Source: Eledone cirrhosa (taxonomy: Eukaryota). Taken from it: a DNA stretch of 64,000 nucleotides. Location: contig OZ024752.1 in the NCBI GenBank assembly GCA_964016885.1, forward strand, positions 806,001 to 870,000, read 5' to 3'. The notes under the pieces were generated by a model, which saw nothing but the letters and a program-made list of their open reading frames with translations, ran no database searches and had not been told where the DNA came from. A program made the position numbers and the translations under genes. Positions 1-13,700 of this stretch are shown in pieces; the first letter of the stretch is position 1, and each line of letters begins with the position of its first letter.

Positions 1-104
1 ATAAAATAAAGTACCAGTTATGCACTGGGGTCAATTTCAACAACTTTCCCTTCCCTCTAAATTTTTGGCCATGTGTCTAAATCAGAAACCATTATCATAT
101 TCCT

Positions 105-590
105 CTAAGGAATTTAAGACCTGTTGGCTGTGGAAACTCCTGTATGTTGATGATTTCATCTTAATAACAGAATTTGTAGAAGAATTAGAGAAGATATTCC
201 AGGCTTGGAAGCAAATTCTGGAATTAAAAGACTTCAGTAAACTTAGTAAGGATTGACATTTTAGTAAGTAGTAAAGAAGACAGAATGCTGCTACAACCAG
301 AAAAATGGCAGTGCTCAATATGTAAAACAACAACAACAAATAAAAAGGAGTGAGTAGGAACTATGATACATATAGTGTACCCAGTGTGTAAAATGGATAA
401 AAGGAAAGCTTGCAGAGAAAGTAGACTTCATTTGTGACTGTTACACAGGAGTAGTCAGCAGTGAGTGTACACATGAAATGAATACTTTCAAATGCTCAGA
501 AGGCTCACTAGAAATAGCTGACAGTTTTTCTTGTCTAGGTGGCCTAATTAGGAGAGGAGGTAGCTGTATTGAAAACATAGTAGCCAGAAT
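105..590 (+). mobile_element. Decayed RTE-clade LINE RT/C-terminal fragment
   Basis: EFKTCWLWKLLYVDD and EIADSFSCLGGLI match the better-preserved copy at 29571-30898. Confidence 0.8.
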
Positions 591-599
591 TATTTTTTT

Positions 600-1200
600 T
601 ATTAGCTCAGATAACATCAAGAAGGCGATTGCATACTTTTCTGTGGGTTTGGGTGCAGGGATTAATGGTATACGACCCCAGCATCTTAAAGATGGTATCT
701 CCCTGTCAGCTTGTGATGCTGGTCTTGAGCTCATAGGGAGTCTGACCCAGTTTGTCAACATCTTCTTCCCTATATTCGCTCCTTGTCCTTTGGGGCATGC
801 CCTGGCTTGAGTAAATATCCCCTGAATTCTGGAGCCAGCTGAACAGTTCAGAGTTGATGGGAAGAGAGCAGATGGTCTTACCCTTTGTCCCTGGGTAAGA
901 GGCAGATGTCTCATTTGGGATGCCACAGTCGGTGACTCGTTTGCTTCTTCCCACATTCTGGATGCTGCAGTAGTAGATCTGAGGATTACTGCTTCTTTAA
1001 CCAAACAGAAGAAAATTCTAAAATACCAAGAATAAGCTGTGGCATTCGAGATGTTTGAAGGAGCTGGACTGCTGACAACGAATTTCTTGTCATCAAGGTG
1101 TCAGATAATGCCTGTGAGTGTGCTTGGTTGTTCCAACACCTTAGCCTCGCCATCATCTGCTGTAACGCTGCCAGTGTGTTAGCTTGTCACAAAAAGTATT
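600..1200 (+). mobile_element. Internally deleted CRE-like non-LTR retrotransposon (restriction-like endonuclease region)
   Basis: GIRPQHLKD, then DGKRADGLTLCPWVRGRCLIWDATVGDSFASSH...KKILKY; typical RLE C-terminus. Confidence 0.7.
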
Positions 1201-1623
1201 AGAGGGAGGCTCTGGCACCACTTGTGTGACCAATTGACACAATGTAAAATTAATATTTTCTTTCATTTTCATTCTATATTTATGTAATTAAGTATTGTAT
1301 ATATTATTTGTGTCAATATTTTCAGAGTATTCTACCTACTATTTAAAAAAAAAATTATATACAGGATATTTTATTACAAATTAAAAATTAAAATTACCAC
1401 GATAAAATATATCTTTATTATCTAACAGATTGCTAAGGTTTACTCTGTAGTTTATCTATGTTCTATTATTTCAAAATCTTTCTTTGTCATAATGTATGTA
1501 TGATCACATGCCAAAATGAAGTAGTTACTATTACCTATCCACCACAACTGAAATTAAATCTAACTTGCAATGAGAAGTAGAAGGGAAGTAACTCTAACAT
1601 TGCTCTTTAAACAAGTCTTTAAA

Positions 1624-1708
1624 ATGTCGACGAAATCATTATGCCTGAATGAAAAACACATGAACAAACTCATTGCAGATGTTGATACCTTTCTTTTTGA
1701 CTGCGATG
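1624..1708 (+). CDS. PGP: PGP exon 1 (MSTKSLCLNEKHMNKLIADVDTFLFDCD-G)
   Basis: ATG at 1624; DxDG motif split by a phase-1 donor G|gtaagt at 1709. Confidence 0.9.
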
Positions 1709-4700
1709 GTAAGTAAAATAAAACAATAACATAAACACACACACTGATTTATCTGTCTTTAAACAAAATGTATTATTCCAAGTATATTTACACATCGCAT
1801 TTAACATTTGTTTACAAGCGACGTCCAGATCATATATGGTTGTATATAACGCTATTTTGTTCATTGTAGTTTCATTCCTACATTATTCAAAGTTTACATT
1901 TTTTGGGTCAACTAGAAAAGTCGTTTTATAAAATTACCCATAAGATATAGTATTTATATCGCAAGACAAATTTTGCTAACCCCTCAAATACTTTTATAGT
2001 TTATGTATCAAGGTTTACCTATCGCTCACAAAGTATCTCTGTCGCGAACACAGGGTATATTTTCAGTACATAAAAGTGATCGATATAAAATAAAAGAACC
2101 CTTTCTTCTAACTCAGTAAATAGACTTTATTCTGTCAAAATTGAGATTGCGGCTTTTGAGTGACCCTCCGGCGTTGTCTCGATTTATATGCTTCCGTGAG
2201 CGTTGACTTCACTTTATATGATATTAACAACTCTGCTAAATTATTTAGGCCAGCAAACATAACCATGCTGTAAATAATCTTTTATCAAATCAACATTATT
2301 CTTTTCAATATTCTGATAGTATTATTTAAAAAGATGTTGTGTGTCGGTAAGTTTGGTTGCCGGCGACGAGTAAAAAAATTCGTTTCGGATAAAGTTTAGT
2401 CCAGAAACGTTAAATGTTTTTTTATACATCACAACAACCGAATATACTGACACCTGTAAATTCTTTTGGGATTTTATGGCCATTGTTGTCAACTTTGACC
2501 CTTACCGGTTTCTTCAGATTCCGGGTTTTGCTCACATAATATTAATGTATAGATTATGAACGTCTAATAACGTCTATACGATAAACAAAAGGATTAAAAG
2601 ATTTAGGCATTACTCTTCAGTATACTTATCATGTTAATCTTCATCAGTATAACTTCTATTTAAACACACCCAACCCCGAAAATGAAAATATATTACGATT
2701 ATTTAGAAATGAAGAAGAAAACATACTTTCATTTTCTATTCGTCAATGTTTTTTTTTATTTACTGGATATATATGTTGTTTTGGCAGTATCGGTAGAGGG
2801 TCGGACGCCATGCTTTGACGCATAGAGTTAAGGCCCTTGCCATTATGAGTTCAAATCCCGCCGAGGTTAACTTTGCCTTTCATCCTTACGGGGTCGATAA
2901 AATAAAGTACCAGTAATGTACTGGGTAAATGCTGGCCTTGTGCCAGAAACAGTTATTAGGCTAAACATAAACTGTGAATTACACCCCCACCATAACCCTA
3001 TTCTACTCATTTGAAACAAATACAAATAAAGTTATATGAAAATAAGCTTATGGGGAGTAGTAAACTGTAGTTATGCCCTTTCCTCAAGATCTCCACATTG
3101 CTAATATAAACAACACTGACAACTTTTCCCAGCTGACTTGAAAAAGGAACTATATTAAAGTGTGAAAGTTGAATTACCTAGAAAATGTTTAGTTATTTTA
3201 GATTGAAAGTTCTGAATGATATCATCATTTACCATCCTATATGTGAATGAAAACTTCTAACTGCAATCATCTTAATGATTAGAAGTCAATGTATGTATGT
3301 TACAAGTTATAGACCATAGTTTTGGCATAGAGAGGGATATATATTTTAAATGAGATGGTTGTAGTAGGGGTGATGAGAGACTAGCATTTTTGGTAGTCTT
3401 AACTGGAGGTAGTTTGCAACTAGCTAGTTCTTAGAAACAGAGGTCATTGTGATAATAGTAATGGTAGAAAAGGTAGGCTGTAATGTGTGAGTCAGTCTTA
3501 GCCAATCAGCCAGATGGCTTTTTTTTTTTTATGCAATCTAAGATGTTAGTGTGTGTGCAGCAATAGCACCACCCCAAATGTATGAGTTGCATTCCATTAC
3601 TTGAGTTTAGTACAGACTTAGCAACTGTTTAACCCTTTAGCATTTACATTACTCTATACTTACTATTGTATGTTCACAGTAAACACTTTATCTCATATAA
3701 TTATCTCACATAATATTGAATCTGGGAGATTTTGATATTATTTATTTTGAGAAAAATATCTTAACATAAGTACGAGCAGCCAGTTACGACTGATTGGAAC
3801 AGAAAGAGGTGAGAGAATTTTGGCCGGATGTGGCCGGTTTATATGCTAAAGGGTTAAAGCTGAATTCCTGGTCCTGACGAGGAAGGGCTCATCTTTGGGA
3901 TGCAGTTTTTGCTATGTTATGGTTGAGATTACTTGGAGAAATCATCAGAGATTGTGTGGGTTTAAATTATGTGGCTTCCAAAACATTGTTGGTGGGGTGA
4001 TGGGCTAAAAGATTGTTTCATTGATATGAGCAGTGATAGTTTTTTGTGTTCTTGATAGATACTAGATTATAATGACCACATTCATCATCATCATTTTATG
4101 CCTACTTCTCCATGCCTGAATGGACTGGATGGGTCTTCTCTAGCACATCCTGCCCCCACTTGTAGTATTCCTTCATCATCTCTGTGATGTTCAGTGTTTT
4201 GATATCAGCTCTTCCTACTGTAGCTTCCTTCCACTGGTATCAAATGATTATCATTCATGTGCATCACAGATTCATACCAATGCTGTCTTCTTTCTTACAC
4301 ACAGCATCTAATTCCTCTTATGCCCAGTTTTTCTCTCAGCTCATCCATGCTTTGTTATTCATGCATATCAACATAACACATACAAAGGAGCATGCTCGAT
4401 TAATTTCTCTCCAACGTTTGCATAACCTCTGCATTTACCATCCATATCTCTCTGCTCTGCAACAATCATACATGTAGACATCATGTAATTTACCTTTGCT
4501 TGTAGAGAAAAGAACAGGTAGAAGTTCCCTGAATGTTTTCCAACCTGCTCTTATTCTAGCTACTATGCTTTCAGAGTAACATTCTTCATTTCTAATTAGG
4601 TCACCTAGATAACAGAAACTATTAAGTATTTCTATGGGACCTTCCCAGAATTGAAGGGGGTTTTCAGGGTCTCTATTAATGGATGTAGTGCAGGTTTGGT

Positions 4701-7700
4701 AAAATGCTCCCAGTAAATGTTGTGAAGTGGTGAGTGCTAGGAAGGGGATCTAGTCATATAACGTATGCCTGAAGTGAATGTATGAGTGAGACACAGTTTT
4801 GAGATACCTGTCTAGCCTCTGAATGTGACAACCCAATATAACCTATGCAAGCATGGAAAATAGATGTAAGTAATGATGTTGATGATTCAAACTGCCACTT
4901 TGCTTATCCCTAGGAAAGCCTGGATAAGATATGGACATTACCCTGTCTCCTCAAATTTATTTGTATGAAAATTACTTATTTAAACATTATTTTCACAACA
5001 GGTGTTTTATGGAGACATTTGGAACCAATCCCTGGAGCATCAGAAACTGTTAAAAAGTTGAAGAAGCTGGTTAGTTTTGTTGTTTTATCATCATCATTAT
5101 CATCATCATTTTACATTCGCTTTTCCCTGCTTGCAAGGGTGGAACGGGTCCTATTCAGCACAGCATCTCTCCATTCGTCACTGTCCTTTGCCATCTCCTC
5201 CGTGAGCTTCAGCGATCTGAGGTCAGCTCTCACCACCTCCGCCCATGTTTTTCGTGGTCTTCCTCTACTGTGTCTTCCTTCTGCTAGGATTTCTTGGCAC
5301 TTCTTTACCCAGTGGTCATCCTTCATGCGTATCATATGTCCATACCAACACAGTCTTCTCTCCCACACACTACAGCCTATCCCTCTTATACACAGTTTCT
5401 TTCTCAAATTGCCTATGCTTGGTTGTTCACACACATTGACATTGCACATCCAACGGAGCATGCTTGCTTCATTTCTCTCCAACCATCGCATATCTTCTAC
5501 AGATGCTGCCCATGTCTCACTACCATGCAACATTACGCATCTCACGCAGGCATCATATAACCGGCCTTTCGTTTGTAGGGAGAAACCCTTTTTTGTCAAC
5601 AGAGGAAGCAGCTCCCTAAACTTCTTCCAACCCGTCCTTATTCTAGATACTGTGGCCTCGCAACACCATCCTCCCTTACTAATCTGATCACCTAGGTATC
5701 GGAAGCTATCAACCACCTCTATAGATCCTATCTGCATTTGAAAAATGTGTTTATCACTGCGACTTCTACTGTCAAAATTTCCCTGTACATCTACTGCATA
5801 TGTAGTTCTCCCTACCTGTTAGTTTGCCTGCTATCCCACTACATTTCTTGTGTACCCAAGATCTGCATTGTCTACATTTTATAGAATTTTTTGCCAACTC
5901 CTTTCCTACGTATTGAACATGGCCATTTCCCTGATGGAATTAGAGTTTTGCCCTCTTTTCTACTTATCAACACTTTAGTCTTAGCTAGGTTTACTCTCAG
6001 TCCTTTGACCCTATAGTCATCAATCTCAATAGCTGGTCCCTCTGTCGGGCCTACTGGGGGTAGTTTCTCTCTCTCCCATTCAGCAGTCTCGCATAATGAC
6101 ATTTCCAGGCCTCATTTTGTTGAGCATCAGTGACACTAAGTACCCCCGCATCATTTCTGACACACTTATCTCCAACAACATCTTGATTTACACTGACACA
6201 CTGCCTTGCAATGCGGAACACTGCACATCTCTGATCTTCTCATCACAGAACATTGGCAAACCTCCTACTCTCAGCTTCCCTGCGTCCTAAACACACCTGA
6301 CGTCTAGCTTCTCTGTTAGTGGATGTATATCGGGCTCTACTCCCACCATTTTCTAAGCCTTCCATGCTAGTCTTTTGTCTTTAATGGTTCTATCTACTGT
6401 GCTGTTCCACCACCAGTTCACCCTGTCTGGTCGGAGCTCTGCTCCAGCCACAAGTTTCTTCAGTAGCCTGCAGTAAGTTGTCACGTAAGAAATGAAATTC
6501 CAGTTATAATCAATGTCATACGAATGTCTAACTTGTCTTCTTTTTGTCATACACATCTTGAAGTGCTTTCCTAAATTTATATTTTAGTGAAAGGTCTTTT
6601 AACTTCCAGAACTTTCTTCTCCACACCTTCCTGTATATCTCATTCCGTCTCTTGCTTACTGCGATGTCACTTACAACTAACGTATGCTGGGGTGTACATT
6701 CTTCCCGGGGTATGCCTTAGTATTTGACACCATCTGTCTGTCTTGTTGCCTAACTAACAAGAAGTCAATCTGGCTTATGTGTTCGCCTGATTGGTAGGTT
6801 ATTAGGTGGTTGGCAGGTTTCTTGAAGTTAGTGTTGCAAATGTTTAGTTCAAAATTCTAGAAGCCTCACTCCTTCTTTGTTTCTTGAGCCATAACCATGA
6901 CTACCATATACCCCAGTGTATCCATTCTGGAGCTGCCCAACATGACCATTGAAGTCCCCTGCTAGTATAACTAGGTCTCTGTCCTCTGTCATTGTGGTTG
7001 TTTCTAGAAGTTGCTCGTAAAAGCAGTCCTCTTCTTTACCTAGGCTGGCCTGAGGAGCATGGGTAGAGATAATTGTCAGCAGTCTCTTGCCTACAACTAA
7101 TCTAAGCTTAATTATTCTGTTACTGACTCTAACTACCTCTATTGTCTTATTGATCCACCTCTCGGCCAGTAAAATGCCTACCCCACCTGACCCATCATCA
7201 TTTCCTACCCAGAAAAGCTAAGATGTTTGCCTACGAATAGTCTTACTGAGGCACCTCTCCATCTCACCTCTTGCATGCAGCACACATCCACATGTCTTCT
7301 CTCTAACATCTCCACTATCTACCTGTCAGGGTGCCAACATTAAGTGTGGCAACCCTGAGATGCGATGTCTTTTGTTGAAATTTATTCCCTTTCTGCAAAG
7401 AAAAATGGTTTATAATCATGTTGTGCGATTGCTTGATGACGGTTGGGGGGGTTCTCGCACATGGCCGCACTAACCACCCCACTACTGTGTGCAGCCCTAA
7501 CATGGTTAGTGATATTGCTGTTCATGCAGTTATTGCAATATATATTTGTTGTTGTGCTCATAATTGTTTTGGCCTTAATACACTGGTTGGATGCCCTTCC
7601 TAACACCAGCACCACTTTACAGCATGGACTGGGTGCTTTTATTCGTGCCACCAGCACTAGAGAGGTTGTCTTACTGGACTCAGGGGCCCTCTCCACCCCA

Positions 7701-10700
7701 TTGTTTCTTAATTGATAAGTGAATTAGAACATTATGCGAGTGGGACGCAAACCCCATGGTCTGTCAGGGAGGTCAATAGCTCCAGTTCAGTACTGACTTG
7801 GTCTATGTAGACCCATCCTAAATATGAATAAAAAAAAACACAACTTTCAAATTTCAAAATATGGCAACAAGTTTCTTCTTTTGATGAAGGGCTTTATCTT
7901 GAAATATAAAGGACCTGCACTGCATTATTATAATTATTAACATTTACCATCTGATTCACATTATGAAAGCTTTCAAACAAAATACTATTTTCTACACATT
8001 ATGTAATGCTTCAAACAAAATAAAGTCTGATTGCTTTTTACACAAACTTGATGTACGCGAATTCACTTTAACAGCTCTTGAAAAAATATTATCAAATATT
8101 CACTTTGCATGAGTAACATGCTATAACATATGTGGTTTTTAATTCTTTATTTATCGGAAATATAATACTTGAATTTGCGTCGTGTTCACAAATGCATCTT
8201 CATGTAAAAAGCGAACACACTGTATAACACTTTCTTAATTTAAACTTGTGTTTTTTTTCTATCATTTTCAGGGAAAGAAAGTGTTCTTTGTTACCAATAA
8301 TAGTACCAAATCTAGAAAAGACTATTGTATTAAATTCTCAGAGTTAGGTTTTGAAGTAAAAGAGGTAAGTTGTTCTAGTTTATTTTGGCATTTCTGAATA
8401 GGTAAGATATCAACTTTTCAACTTTTCACAAGCCTTTTCTGTGGCCTAGTTTCAGTTTCTATTTATAACATTTTTTCTTCTCTGACATTGTTTACACTGT
8501 TGAGAAAAATATCCTTGTCACAGTTTCCCAATATTCACATTCACTAAAGATATTTTAGGTTAGGTAGTCATGCTTTCAGCCTAGACAATTACTCCTTCTT
8601 TACAAATCTCAAACTTTTCTGCTCATTACATTAAATATAATAACACTAACCAACCCTTGTTAGCAGAGAAAACAGACATTAAATGATGATGATGAAAGCT
8701 CATATTTCGAGCTTTCAAGTCAGAAATCCGACTTGAAAGCTCTAAATATGTCAGGTTTCCAAAATCTGAGGAATGACCTACATTTTACAGTGCGGTATCT
8801 AAGAGATCAGTATAGCATATTTTCTGCTACCTTTTAGAAATCATACTAATCCATTTTATGAACACAGAACACAATGTGGACACCAGGATAGGCAAGGCAT
8901 GAGGGGCTCTCAACTCCTAACAAAAGTGTGGGTGTCTCCCATCAAGAAAGCCACAAAAATGAGGTTATTCAAAGCAATGGTTGAGTCCATTCTCCTCTAC
9001 TGATGTGAATCATGAACACAGACAAAAGCACTCACAAAGAGGATTAATGGCTGGATTCACCTGGATGCTGCGAAAGGTTCAGAACATATTTTGGAGAACA
9101 CACACAGCAAAGAAATCATGCTATGGCTCACACCTTTGCCTTTCTGACATCATTAGGCATAGGAGGCTTGCATTAGCTGGACATGTGAAACATCATTAGG
9201 CATAGGAGGCTTGCATTAGCTGGACATGTGAAACATCATTAGGCATAGGAGGCTTGCATTAGCTGGACATGTGAAACATCATTAGGCATAGGAGGCTTGC
9301 ATTAGCTGGACATGTGAAACATCATTAGGCATAGGAGGCTTGCATTAGCTGGACATGTGAAACATCATTAGGCATAGGAGGCTTGCATTAGCTGGACATG
9401 TGAAACATCATTAGGCATAGGAGGCTTGCATTAGCTGGACATGTGAAACATCATTAGGCATAGGAGGCTTGCATTAGCTGGACATGTGAAACATCATTAG
9501 GCATAGGAGGCTTGCATTAGCTGGACATGTGAAACATCACAACGAACCTGCTGGCAGAGTTCTTTTTTTGAAATCTGATGCATGCAGATGAGTTGGGAAA
9601 CCAACCACCATGCTGAAGGCTGTTCTTAAAGATGACACTGGGCTGGTGGCAGGGGAAATTCAGATGGCAATGCTAGACAGGGTGAGCTGGTGGGGGAACT
9701 TCATTATGGCACGGTAACAGATGTATAGAAGAAGAAAAAGAAGACTAATCCATGTTTAGATCTCTTTTAATTAATGTGTTAAAACATTTATTTTTTCCAG
9801 AGTGAAATCATCAGTACAGCTTATGTTGCAGCTTTATACCTTCATGAACAAAACTTCAAAGGCAAAGTATATCTTGTTGGCTCTAAAGGTATAGCTGATG
9901 AACTTGATAACTTTGGCATTCAACATACAGAAGTTGGGGTGAGTATCTTGCTGTGTGATGGTGTTGGTAATGGTATTGGTGGCTGATAAGAAGAGTTTGC
10001 TGCTACATCACATAGAAGCTCTTTTAATGACTTCTTTTGTTAATATAAGGCAGCAAATTGGCAGAGTCATTAGAACGAATGCTTTGTAGTATTCATTTTG
10101 GTTCTCTGCTCTCTTAGTTCAAATCCTGCCAAGGTCAACTTTGCCTTTTATCCATTAATGGTTGATAAAAAAGTACCAGTCAAGTATTGGGGGTCGATTG
10201 TTCCTCTATATCTCTTACTCACTTCCTTTCTCTCACTCTCTCTATCCTTCTCTGGAAGTAATCTACTGTATTCAGGCCTGGAGAGGAGCGGGCTTCACCA
10301 AGTTTTAAAAAAATGCTCTAGAAACGCTGTATGCCAATATGGCATCCCTACAACTCATTTAGGAGTTATGGATCCATTGTTATTATTGGTATAGATTTTG
10401 TTGTTTTCATTTTAACACCAGATCAGCATAGATTTAAAAGTTGTTCTAGCAGTGGCTGTCCAACGTTTATTCAGACGTAATTTATTCAGTATGAAGACCT
10501 GCCATACAGAAGTCCCACCCTTCCATGAACACAGGCTGAAGCATACATTTAGTATGCACCACTTTTGCCTCCATCCTCCCTTCCATACACCTCTCTCGTC
10601 CTAACACCCCACCTATATCCTAACACTCTGCTCCTCACACACATCCCAATATATATCTACCCAATCCCCACACACCTCCCCCACCAAAGTACCCAGCCCA

Positions 10701-13700
10701 CACTGTAAAGTGATTGTGTAGGTGTTGCAACAAAAAGCTCCTAGCCTACACTGTAAAGTGGTCGTGCCGGTGTCACAACAAAAAGCATACAACACACACT
10801 GTAAAGCGGTCGTGTAGGTGTCACGACAAAAAGCGCCCATCCCACACTGAAAAGTTGTTGTGTAGATATCACGACAAAAAGCACCAGCACACATCTGTAA
10901 ATGTGGTTGGCGTTAGGATGGCATCCAGCCAGAGAAACCAAGCCCAAGCAGTTCTGTATGAGCAAGACTATCAGAAAAATATGAACCAATCATATCTTCA
11001 TGTTGAATCTTATGAAGTAGATCCAGCTGCAAACCACTGGTTATTACAATTCACTATACATCATCTTCACCCACTTATTCCTGAGAGGGTCGTGGGGGAA
11101 GAGTTCTCAAACACTCCTTCCAGCAGATCCTGTCAGAAGCAACCGTCTCCAACTAATCAGGCTGGATCCTCAAGCATGACTAGCCAGGGTTATGGATGTT
11201 ATCCAACCAGCTTGCTCGGGGTCTACCCCTGAGTCTCCTGCCAGTTGGTTTTGTCTGTAAAATCTGTCCAGCGAGTGTACCTGGAGTGACTCTCTGATCT
11301 CTGAGTAATGTTACTCCAAAAACCCTATACACTATACATGGATATCTAAATTTTCAAAATTATGATGTACATATAGATTTTTTTGTGTGTGTATGTGCAT
11401 TATTAGATAATGTAAATTAAAGATATGTACATATTCTATCTTGGCAGCCAGATCCCACACATGGAACTTTATCTGAATGGCAAAATATTACTTTTGATCC
11501 AGAGGTAAGCATTATCATCATCATCATCATTATTCTTATTATCATCATTGTCATCACTGTTGTTGCCGTGGAAAAAGTAAAGTTTGACTTAATAGCAATT
11601 TTATTTTTAATCTGAAAATGTCTCTTTTTTTTCAGATTAAATGTGTTCTTATTGGCTTTGATCAGCACATCAGTTATATGAAAATTTTGAAGGCAGCTAG
11701 CTACATCAAAAATAAAAAATGTTTATTCTTAGCTACCAATGAAGATGCTAATTTACCACTTCCCGGCGAGGTCTTGATACCTGGTTAGTTGGCATTTATT
11801 TTCTAATTTATATGAATTTCATTAATGAAGCACAAATAAGATCTCTGTTAGATCTGCAACAATATCTAGGAGAAGTTAAATGTAAAATTGACTTTTAAAT
11901 TTTATATTATCATATATTTGATTTTTATTATTGTGTCGGAGACAAAGGGTAATGGATGGCAGAATTTGTAGAGCACTAAATAGAATGAATGCCTGGTGAC
12001 GTTTAGTTATATCCTTTTACATTCTGAATGCAAAACTGCCCTGGTTCAACATTACCAGGGTCAATAAAATAAGTATCAGTCATCTGCTGAGATTGATTAA
12101 ATTTACTAAATTACCCTCCCCCGCCAAAAAAAAATCATATCTTGAGTCCATCTTAGAAATCATTATGATAAAGATACTATTGGTGATAGTTATTAAGTAA
12201 TTGTTGCTGTTGATGTATTGCCTTTGGCCTTTACATGTTGCTCCAGTCATGTGTGGTTGATGTAGTGCCTAGGGCCTTTGAAAGTTCCTCCAAACCTGTG
12301 TGATTGATGGTAGTACCTAGTGCCTTCAAAAGTTCCTCCAATCCAGTGTGATTGATGGTAGTACCTAGGGCTTTGAAAGTTCCTCTAATCCAGTGTTATT
12401 GAGGTGGTTGATGTTCAGTTTAAACTTCTGAAGGTCAATTATTGTAAGAAAAACATTGGTAGGAAAGAAATTTAAGTAATTCTGTTCTGTAGAAATGTTA
12501 AACAGATAATTTGACAGTTTTCTTCTGCATCTGGCTGTCCAAATGTTCAACAAACTCTTATCTAGGCAACTGAAATTCACTGTTGTTCAGTATGAATATA
12601 TTATTACAGTTTGTCAACTCTGTGGACTCAGTATGAATAGTTAACTCTATCATACCCATGCTAGCATGGAAGATGGACGTTAAATGATGATGATGATAAT
12701 CATCATTATCATCATCATTTAATATCTGCTTTCCCTGCTAGCAAGGGTTGGACGAGTTTACATAGACCAAGTCAGTACTAAAGTCTATTGACCTCACAGA
12801 CAGGTCGAGGGGTCTGTATCTCACTAATATCAAGTCATATCAAGTGCAGAGGAGAAGTGTCTCTTTACACAGACTGAAAGGTCCTCACAATCCCTTGTTT
12901 GGCAAGCTGTCTATGGTTGGATGCCCTTCCTAAGACCACCCACTTTACAGCATGTATTGAATATTTAATTATATGGACCCAGTACACACTGCAAAGTAGT
13001 TGGTGATAGGAAGTCTGCCAAACAAAGGGTTGGGAGGACCCTCAGTTGTGTCAAAGACATGACAACCTCTCCTGTGCACTCAGTGGAGTGTCAACCACAC
13101 ATAAAATGGACACAGATCCCTGGCTCCACTTCAATACTGACTTAGTCTATGTAGACTCATCCAACCCTTGCTAGCAGGTAAAGCAGATGTTTAAAATGAT
13201 GATGATGATGATAATGATGAATATGTAATTATATTGATATGTAATTATTTACATAATTAAATGTAAATACATTAATTGTATTTATATTGAGGATCCAGCT
13301 GGATCAGTTGGAGACAGTTGTTTCTGACAGGACTCGCTGGAATCAGTGTGTGAGTACCCTGCACCCCACACACACCCAGGAGTGTATGAGGATTCTGCTC
13401 CCTCCCGCTCTCTCAGGAATAAGTTGGTGAAGAAGAAGAAGTAATTATATTCTACATACTTTACTATCCATTTAAATGTAGTATTTTATTCTGCTTGATT
13501 TATTTATCTTTGTGAAAGGCACGGGTACCATGGTTGGTGCTGTAAAAATCCCTGCAGAAACTGAACCTGTTGTCATTGGCAAACCACACCCTGTCATCAT
13601 TGAACTACTGAAGAAACGTGATGGTCTTGATCCATCCCGAGCCCTTATGGTTGGTGACAGGTAGTGTATTGTAGTTATAATAACTTATTGTTTTCATCTC

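Noticed and set aside
441-1004. 187-aa minus-strand ORF
   Set aside because: Antisense shadow of the RTE and CRE-like fragments.
4965-5687. 240-aa plus-strand ORF
   Set aside because: Chimera of PGP exon 2 read through its donor into the antisense strand of an RTE element.
9151-9537. 43-bp repeat as a CRISPR array
   Set aside because: Units are contiguous with no unique spacers and derive from LINE coding sequence.
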